24,340 bases of DNA from an uncultured bacterium (GTDB lineage: Bacteria > AUK180). How positions within the stretch are numbered: position 1 is the stretch's first letter; every line of letters begins with the position of its first letter. The stretch spans positions 62,001 through 86,340 of the forward strand of contig CALMGJ010000038.1 of NCBI GenBank assembly GCA_937863565.1. Direction: 5' to 3'. Below the pieces are notes generated by a model. The model did no database searches. It was not told the DNA's origin and worked only from the letters and a program-made list of their open reading frames with translations. The translations under genes were made by a program, and so were the position numbers. Positions 8,968 to 16,134 of this stretch are shown here, in pieces.

Positions 8968-10065
8968 ATGGAATATGGAAAACTGAAAAAATGGCAGAAG
9001 GAAGTGAAGCGTTTTACGGACCTCCAACAGGAAGACGAAAGGTTCCGCGAGGTTATCGAACTTGTTGCGCCCGGTACGCCTCTGCGCATCGGGATAGATT
9101 TCATCGTTCAGGCTCAATTAGGCGGCCTTATCGTCCTCGGCGTCCCGAAGAACAAGAAGATCATCGAGGTCGGCTTCGAGGTCAATAAAGACTTCAGTCC
9201 TACGAAACTGTACGAGATCTCCAAGATGGACGGAGCGATAATCCTCAACAAGAAAGCGGGAAAGATCCTTTACAACAATGTCCATCTTCACCCTAACACG
9301 AACATCCAATCCGACGAGACCGGAACAAGACATAAGGTCTCGGAACGTTTTGCGAAACAAACGGGGCTTCCTGTGATCGCGATCTCCAAAAAAAGGAATG
9401 TGGTGACAGTTTTCACGGGAAATACGAAGTATATATTGAAATACATCCCGGAACTGCTTGCCGAAGCTACGCAGGCGGTCTCCATGTACGAGCATTATTC
9501 TGTGATCTTCGGGAACACGATGGATAATATCACAACGCTAGAACTGAACGGGACGGTGGTGCTTGCCGATATCGTGAACGCCATTATCAGGTATTTCAAT
9601 TCCAAGAAAATGCTCAGAGTGATAGGAAGAAAGATCGCAGAACTCGGCGCTGCGGGGAATATCCTGAAACTCAGGATGCAGGAGATCAATCAGGACCTTC
9701 GGGAAGGGCAATACCTGATACGGGATTACATCACGCCCGAAGCGGAACGCCACGAGAAAGACATCATCAGGACGCTGGAGATGTTCTCGGAATTCAATTA
9801 TCTCGAACCGCTCAATGTTGCTGCCGTAATGGGGTATCCCGAAAGCCAGTTCGCTATGGAGCAGCGTCTCGATTCCAGAGGGTACAGGCTCCTGTCCCGG
9901 GTTCCCCGGCTGACCGAGAATTCTGTGAACCAGATCATCAAGAATTTCGGGAGTTTTGCCAAGATCATAGCCGCGTCCGGAAAAGAGATCGCGCAGACTT
10001 CGGGCGTTTCCGAGGCTTCGGCGAACAATCTGAAGGAATACCTGCTTAATATGAGGACAAAATAA
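8968..10065 (+). CDS. disA: DNA integrity scanning diadenylate cyclase DisA
   Basis: VAPGTPLR, SKMDGAIIL (DGA), ETGTRHK (RHR variant), linker, RGYRLLSRVPRL and HhH C-terminus; follows radA; SD GAAGGTG. Confidence 0.95.
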   Translation: MEYGKLKKWQKEVKRFTDLQQEDERFREVIELVAPGTPLRIGIDFIVQAQLGGLIVLGVPKNKKIIEVGFEVNKDFSPTKLYEISKMDGAIILNKKAGKILYNNVHLHPNTNIQSDETGTRHKVSERFAKQTGLPVIAISKKRNVVTVFTGNTKYILKYIPELLAEATQAVSMYEHYSVIFGNTMDNITTLELNGTVVLADIVNAIIRYFNSKKMLRVIGRKIAELGAAGNILKLRMQEINQDLREGQYLIRDYITPEAERHEKDIIRTLEMFSEFNYLEPLNVAAVMGYPESQFAMEQRLDSRGYRLLSRVPRLTENSVNQIIKNFGSFAKIIAASGKEIAQTSGVSEASANNLKEYLLNMRTK

Positions 10066-10069
10066 GGTC

Positions 10070-10738
10070 ATGAAGAACATCCTCTATCTGCTTGCGGGCG
10101 GCACCGCGAACCGTTTCGGCGGGGACAAGCTCTTAATGCCCGCAGCGGGCGGCTCTATTCTTACTTTTATCGCGAAGAAAGTGATATCCTTCAGCCTCTT
10201 CACGGAGATCGTCATTGTCTGCAATGAGGAAAAACGCACCCGCATAAAGAACGAAGGGATAGAGGGCCTGTATTTTGCAGATCCGGGAAAAGAGAGATAC
10301 CACTCCGTCCTTTCGGCCTTCAATACAGTCCCGCCGGGAGACGAAGATACGGTGCTTATACACGACGCCGCCAGGCCTTTGGTCTCAAAGGAACTGTGCG
10401 GGAAGATAATCGAAAGAACAAAAGAGATGGGCAATGCGTTCCCCGCGCTCAGGGTTGCCGATACTTTGCGTTATTACAGGGAGGACGGCTCTTCGGAAAC
10501 ACTTGAGAGGGACGGTTTATACCTGATGCAGACCCCTCAGGGGTTCAAAGGAAAACTGCTGAAAAAGATCATGGAACATACGGCGGGAAGGCCAGGGATC
10601 ACCGATGAGGGCGTCGTATTGGAAACAATAGGAGAGAAGATCCATCTCGTAGAGGGCGAGAGGGACAATTACAAGATCACGTTCCTTTCGGATTATAAAC
10701 ATTTCTGCGGACTGATCGATGAAAACGGTCGTATTTAA
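10070..10738 (+). CDS. ispD: 2-C-methyl-D-erythritol 4-phosphate cytidylyltransferase (IspD/TarI family)
   Basis: LAGG..RFG..K, VLIHDAARPLV, QTPQGF, TDE, NYKIT; conserved position after radA-disA. Confidence 0.88.
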   Translation: MKNILYLLAGGTANRFGGDKLLMPAAGGSILTFIAKKVISFSLFTEIVIVCNEEKRTRIKNEGIEGLYFADPGKERYHSVLSAFNTVPPGDEDTVLIHDAARPLVSKELCGKIIERTKEMGNAFPALRVADTLRYYREDGSSETLERDGLYLMQTPQGFKGKLLKKIMEHTAGRPGITDEGVVLETIGEKIHLVEGERDNYKITFLSDYKHFCGLIDENGRI

Positions 10739-11945
10739 ACAGATACTTGCCGAAGGCATAGAACAGATATATCATAATAGGCTAAGGTCCTTTCTTACCG
10801 TCCTGGGGATCATTTTAGGCGTGTCCTCGCTTATTGTGATGTTCTCCATCATCAATGCAGGTAAGAAAAGAAGCATGGACTGGATGAAACGGTGGATCAA
10901 TAAGGTTTCCGTCAATTACCGGCCGCTCAGCAGGATGTCGAAGGAAGAGAAGACGCATTCCAAGATCTTCGGGATCACATATTTCGATTACGAAGCGCTG
11001 AAAGCGTCCGGTATAAAGGATATCTACGATATAACTCCCGTGCAATCCAGCTGGGATAAGGTCAAATACGGCGACAGTGAAATAGAAACTCAGATCACCG
11101 GCTCGATCAATGCATACCTCACCGATGAAGAATTCGAACTCGCTCAGGGACGCTGCTTCACCTCCGATGACCATGAGTATGCCGAAAAAGTATGCCTAAT
11201 AGGGCACACTATTCTGCAGAAGGTTTTCAAGTCGCAATATCCCGTGGACAAATATCTCAAGATCGGCAGCGAGAACTACAGGGTGATCGGTGTTCTCAAA
11301 GAGTACATAGTCCCGGGCCGCGGCAATCAGCGCTGGGGCGAATGGCGGAATTCCCGCGTGGTGATCCCCATTCAAACGATGATGTACAGGGTCAAGGGCG
11401 ATAAGGTCATTGAGCTTTCATACAGGATAAAGGAGATATCAGATTCGGAAACGATTAATGAGAACGTTAAGGAGATACTTTTGAGAAGACGCGGATACGA
11501 GGACTTCACTCTGGACAGCAATACACAGAATATCCTCGAATTCCAGAAGACCCAGAACATGTGGAACGCCATACTGGCGCTGATCGCGATCGTTTCTCTT
11601 GTTGTGAGCGGTATCGGGATCACGAACATCATGCTCGCGACGATGAAGGACCGCATCAAAGAAATAGGGTTGAAAAAATCCCTCGGGGCGACTTCAGGCA
11701 ATATTAAACTGCAGTTTTTAATGGAATCCTCTCTTTTGTCGCTTATGGGCGGCCTGGCCGGTGTCTTGATCGGAAGCGTATTCTCGTTCTTTGCTCAAAA
11801 ATCGATCGACATGGAGGTCGCCGTCAATATCCCGATCATACTGCTTGCTCTGCTTTTCGCAATTGCAGTCGGCGTGATCTCGGGCTTCTATCCGGCGGTA
11901 AAAGCATCCAATATCGTTCCTGTGGAAGCATTGCGTTATGAGTAA
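10719..11945 (+). CDS. MacB/FtsX-type ABC transporter permease
   Basis: RSFLTVLGIILGV, large periplasmic domain, GIGITNIML..RIKEIGLKKSLGA, C-terminal PVEALRYE. Confidence 0.93.
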   Translation: MKTVVFKQILAEGIEQIYHNRLRSFLTVLGIILGVSSLIVMFSIINAGKKRSMDWMKRWINKVSVNYRPLSRMSKEEKTHSKIFGITYFDYEALKASGIKDIYDITPVQSSWDKVKYGDSEIETQITGSINAYLTDEEFELAQGRCFTSDDHEYAEKVCLIGHTILQKVFKSQYPVDKYLKIGSENYRVIGVLKEYIVPGRGNQRWGEWRNSRVVIPIQTMMYRVKGDKVIELSYRIKEISDSETINENVKEILLRRRGYEDFTLDSNTQNILEFQKTQNMWNAILALIAIVSLVVSGIGITNIMLATMKDRIKEIGLKKSLGATSGNIKLQFLMESSLLSLMGGLAGVLIGSVFSFFAQKSIDMEVAVNIPIILLALLFAIAVGVISGFYPAVKASNIVPVEALRYE

Positions 11946-14900
11946 GGACAGAAAAGATTTCATAATAGAGGCCCTTTCACGGTATCTTCCCGCCAGAATA
12001 AAGGAGAAGATAGAGATGGACCCGGAAAATCCTCACATTGAGGGAGAAAGAAGGAGAACGGTGGTCCTGTTCATGGATATTTCCGGTTTCACAGCCATCT
12101 CGGAAAACCTCGATCCCGAGGATGTTGCGGCAACGATAAATGACTTTTTCTCGAGGATGCACAATATCATAGATCGTTACGGCGGTGAAATAGATAAATT
12201 CATGGGCGATGCTATGCTTGTGCTCTGGGGAGCTCCGGTCACTCATGAAGACGATGACGAGAGAGCCGTACGCGCTGCGATGGAGATGATGTCGGAGATA
12301 AAAAAATTCAACGACGACCGACCGAAGGAGATCAGTTCAAAATTTCCGATCTCAATGACGATCGGCATAAATTCGGGACTGGTCTTTGCGGGAAATGTGG
12401 GTTCCCTCAAGAGGATGGAATATACCGTTATGGGCGACAATGTGAACCTTGCCGCGCGTCTGGAAGCAATGGCAAATCCGGGCGAGATAATGATCTCGAA
12501 GGAAACGAGGGACATGCTGAGCCCGGAGATCCTGGTCAAGGACCTCGGCAGCATGCCGGTGAAAGGCAAGAAAGAACCCGTTCAGGTATTTCTTGCCGCC
12601 GGAATAAGAAGTGAACTGGGCGAGCTTATCGACCGTTCGGCATTCTATATGGACCGCCCGGAGATCGAAAAAAAGATAAATGCGGCATTGTGCAAAGATT
12701 CTCCGGTCACGGTGATAAGGGGCGTGGCGGGAACAGGGAAAACAGAACTGATAAAACATAATGCCGGCAATGCCCTGTACTTTGAGATATCCTCTTTCAA
12801 CAGGAATATTCCCTACGGATTCGTAAAAACACTTCTCAGGTCTTTCATGAAGATGAACGCGACAGATAAGACCGAGATGACAAAATCCATTCAAGACTTC
12901 ATTAAGGCTCACAAGGAGCGGATCAGCGATTTTCCCGTATTTTTAGACCTTTTCGAGATCAAACAGGCTTTCGAAGGCGAGGAGAAGAAATGGAAGGTCT
13001 TCGAACTTGCCGCTGCGATTCTCGGGGCCATGGAAGAGAGTATTATCATTGAGAATTTCGAGAACGCCGACCAGCTGAGCAGGGATTTCTTTAAATATTT
13101 CTTCGATACGCAAAAGATACGGAACAAATACATCTTCAGCTCGCGAGAACAGCTGTTCTCCGATATCGAACCCGTTGAGGTCCCGCCTCTGGACAAGGCC
13201 GGCACGGCGGAGTATGTCAAACGGTATTTCAAAAAGGACTTCATGCCGGATGACCTTGCCGACGAGATATTCAGGATCTCCTCCGGGAATTTCAGACTGA
13301 TCAACGGTGTTCTGAACTATCTTGAAAAGCAGAAATTGATCTTCCTCAAAGATGAAGGGATCTATGTTAAAATCCCGGTAAAATCCCTAAAGCTTCCTCA
13401 GAAATATACGAAACTAATACTGACCGTATTCGATTCTCTCGATGAATACACGAAGAAATTTCTCCAGAACGCGGCATTCCTCGGCGATGTGTTCGATGTG
13501 GGATTTCTCAACAGCATCATTAATTACAAGGAAGGACGCATCGACGGCGTATTACGGAAACTGACGGAAGAAAGGATCGTAGTGAAAGAGGACGAGGGAA
13601 TTTACAGGTTTACCGATTCGGCGTTCAGGGAGACGGTCTATGAGCTTGTTCTTAGATCCGAACGCGCGAAAACTCACGGCAAGATCGCCGAATTGTATGA
13701 AAAAGGCTCCGGGAACCAATTCGATATCGCCTATCATTATGTCAGGAGCAATAATTCGCGGAAAGCGGTTCAGTATGCCAAGTCCACGGCTTTTGAAGCT
13801 CACCGGAACCAGGACCACATGACGGCGATCGAATTTGCCGAGAGAGGGCTGACATTCTTTAAAAAGGAAGAATTCAATGACGATGTTTATGAATTGACGC
13901 GGACGATTTTCACCTGTTATTTCGGACTTGCATATTATGAAAAGGCCCTTGAGCTTGCGGCTAAGACCGAAAAAATCATTGAAAGGTCAAAAGACGAAAT
14001 GCGTCTTTTCACGATCAAGAACGATCTGGCAGGCTATAATATCCACCTGAGAAGGATGAACGATGCCTTAGCGATCATTGAAGCACTGCTAAGTCAAGGT
14101 ATTGAGAAATATCCGTCCATCCATATCAATCTTCTTTTGAACTACAGCATCATATATCGGTGGAACGGGGAATATAATAAAGCTATCGGGATACTCGAAA
14201 AAACGATCCCGATCATGGATGCGACCGATTATAAAATACCGGAAGCTACCGTCTATTTCAATATCGCGCAGAATTACAACAGTCTCGGGGATCATGACCG
14301 TGCGCGCGAATTCTTTGAAAGGGCATATCAATCCGCGAATGCGAATAAACGCTTCAGTATGCTGTGCGGAGCGCTGACGAATCTCGGCATCCTCTTCTAT
14401 CAAGGCCGCGATTTCGGAAAAGCGCGAGAGTATTTCGACAGAGCGAATAAGCTGGCAAAGGAAAAATATTTCAAATACTGGGAGGCGGTGAGCCTTGAAA
14501 AAGTAGCCCTTCTTTATAAAGAAGAGGGCCGCCGCGACCTGGCTTTAGAATCCTTCGAGAAAGCGATCTATATAGCCAAGGCCATCGGCGACCCGGAAAT
14601 GCTTTTAAATTTCTATTACAATACCGGCCTGATCAAACTGGACCAGAACCGTCTTACCGCCGCCCGCGCCGATTTTGATCTTACATTGGGCCTTACGGAG
14701 AAATACGAATATAAGATCGACGTAAAAAACCAGATAGCAGTCCTTCTAAGAAAGGCCGGGCTTTCGAAAAAATATCTGGAATTCATCCGTGGTTGCAGAA
14801 AGAACAAACCGGACGAACAGTCGGCCGGGCTTTTCACCCTGCATTATTTCATTGCGGAGACCGAATTGAAAATGAACGATCCGGACCTTTTGAAAGAGCT

Positions 14901-15318
14901 TGAAATATTGAAGGAAAAACCGTACTGGGCCGACTTCGAACCGGTATACGAATTCTTTGATTCCCTTCGGGCTTATGCGTCAGGAGAGGGCGATGAGCGT
15001 TTAAAAAGAGCGGCGGCCTCGATCGTCTCGATAGGGGATATGGAACTCACTTCCTTCCTTTTCCCGGAGATAGCCGATGTCATCGTCAAATTCCTGCCGT
15101 CTTCTTTGAATACGCTGAAAGGAACGCTCGATGACGAACTCTCGAAGGCATATCTTGAGATCATTGAAGGCAAGCGCAGCGCGGATGAGGCGTCCGCAGC
15201 ATTCTTTTATGATAACGGGCTTTATCAGATCGCCGATAAAATCAAAAGAAAAGGCTGTCCCGGCTTTGATATGAAGATCGGGAATGAAAATGTCCTGTAT
15301 GGAGGTTTGAACCTATGA
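11938..15318 (+). CDS. class III adenylate cyclase fused to a P-loop (STAND/AAA_16-like) ATPase and TPR repeats
   Basis: VLFMDISGFT, DKFMGDAML, GINSG, EYTVMGDNVNLAARLE, VKGK; Walker A GVAGTGKT; helical TPR repeats (e.g. ALTNLGILFYQGRDFGKAREYFDRA). Confidence 0.93.
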   Translation: MSKDRKDFIIEALSRYLPARIKEKIEMDPENPHIEGERRRTVVLFMDISGFTAISENLDPEDVAATINDFFSRMHNIIDRYGGEIDKFMGDAMLVLWGAPVTHEDDDERAVRAAMEMMSEIKKFNDDRPKEISSKFPISMTIGINSGLVFAGNVGSLKRMEYTVMGDNVNLAARLEAMANPGEIMISKETRDMLSPEILVKDLGSMPVKGKKEPVQVFLAAGIRSELGELIDRSAFYMDRPEIEKKINAALCKDSPVTVIRGVAGTGKTELIKHNAGNALYFEISSFNRNIPYGFVKTLLRSFMKMNATDKTEMTKSIQDFIKAHKERISDFPVFLDLFEIKQAFEGEEKKWKVFELAAAILGAMEESIIIENFENADQLSRDFFKYFFDTQKIRNKYIFSSREQLFSDIEPVEVPPLDKAGTAEYVKRYFKKDFMPDDLADEIFRISSGNFRLINGVLNYLEKQKLIFLKDEGIYVKIPVKSLKLPQKYTKLILTVFDSLDEYTKKFLQNAAFLGDVFDVGFLNSIINYKEGRIDGVLRKLTEERIVVKEDEGIYRFTDSAFRETVYELVLRSERAKTHGKIAELYEKGSGNQFDIAYHYVRSNNSRKAVQYAKSTAFEAHRNQDHMTAIEFAERGLTFFKKEEFNDDVYELTRTIFTCYFGLAYYEKALELAAKTEKIIERSKDEMRLFTIKNDLAGYNIHLRRMNDALAIIEALLSQGIEKYPSIHINLLLNYSIIYRWNGEYNKAIGILEKTIPIMDATDYKIPEATVYFNIAQNYNSLGDHDRAREFFERAYQSANANKRFSMLCGALTNLGILFYQGRDFGKAREYFDRANKLAKEKYFKYWEAVSLEKVALLYKEEGRRDLALESFEKAIYIAKAIGDPEMLLNFYYNTGLIKLDQNRLTAARADFDLTLGLTEKYEYKIDVKNQIAVLLRKAGLSKKYLEFIRGCRKNKPDEQSAGLFTLHYFIAETELKMNDPDLLKELEILKEKPYWADFEPVYEFFDSLRAYASGEGDERLKRAAASIVSIGDMELTSFLFPEIADVIVKFLPSSLNTLKGTLDDELSKAYLEIIEGKRSADEASAAFFYDNGLYQIADKIKRKGCPGFDMKIGNENVLYGGLNL

Positions 15319-15965
15319 AAAAGAACTTTTCAGAGCTTGATATATTCCGGGACCTTGACCTGGAGGCCGTGAAAAGGATCGTGTCCATGGGATTCACGAA
15401 ATACTATTTCAACGGGGACAAGATCCTCGAAGAAGGTAAAAAGAACGGACAGTTCCATATCATTCTTTCCGGTATCGTGAAGGTGGTGAAGGGAGATAGT
15501 GAAAAAGGGAAGATACTCGGCTTTTTAAATCCCGGCGAATTCTACGGAGAGATGTCCCTTATCCTGAACAAGGAACATACCGCATCGATATTCGCGAAGG
15601 GCGATGCGGAGATACTCGTATTCCTTGAGGATGAATTTAAGCAGTATTTCCTTTCCAGTAAAACGATCTTGAACAATCTTCTGGTCAAAATAGCCGAAAG
15701 GCTCTCGATCATGGATATTGAGGTGATAAATCTTGCTTATTCTACGATACAGCACAGGCTTATGAATTTTCTCTGGTATCTTACCGACCGCGGTTCTAAG
15801 ACGGCGGATATCAAATTGACGCATAATGAGATCGCCCAGATGATCGGTACGAACCGCGAAACGATCACGAAACTTCTCAATGAATTGAAAACAAGAGGAA
15901 CGATCAAACTCACATCGGACAAAAAGATAAATATTCTGAAAAAAGAAGAATTCACAGATCTGTAA
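15315..15965 (+). CDS. Crp/Fnr family transcriptional regulator
   Basis: cNMP-binding fold (IILSGIVKV...GEFYGEMSL) and C-terminal HTH LTHNEIAQMIGTNRETITKLL; GGAGG SD; ATGA overlap with the cyclase. Confidence 0.94.
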   Translation: MKKNFSELDIFRDLDLEAVKRIVSMGFTKYYFNGDKILEEGKKNGQFHIILSGIVKVVKGDSEKGKILGFLNPGEFYGEMSLILNKEHTASIFAKGDAEILVFLEDEFKQYFLSSKTILNNLLVKIAERLSIMDIEVINLAYSTIQHRLMNFLWYLTDRGSKTADIKLTHNEIAQMIGTNRETITKLLNELKTRGTIKLTSDKKINILKKEEFTDL

Positions 15966-16134
15966 ATAGTGAATTTTAATACTTAGCTGCCACTCCCGAT
16001 TCCGTTTTTTAAAAAAAAATCCAAAAAAAAACAAAAAATACAGAAATACGAAGGGTATAACTTCCTTGTTTTTGGCGAAAATATCCGCTGGCACAGTTCT
16101 TGAATTATTCTTTATTGATGGTTAGGAGTTTTTT

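Noticed and set aside
8936..8986. 16-codon ORF starting in the radA stop (ATGA) and overlapping the disA start; possible frameshift
   Set aside because: disA has its own SD and an intact ORF; no slippery site is evident; probably chance.
15949..16060. Palindrome ACAGATCTGT/AATTCAC..GTGAATT at the crp end, plus A/T homopolymer tracts
   Set aside because: Weak AT-rich stem overlapping the coding end; not a convincing terminator or Crp site.
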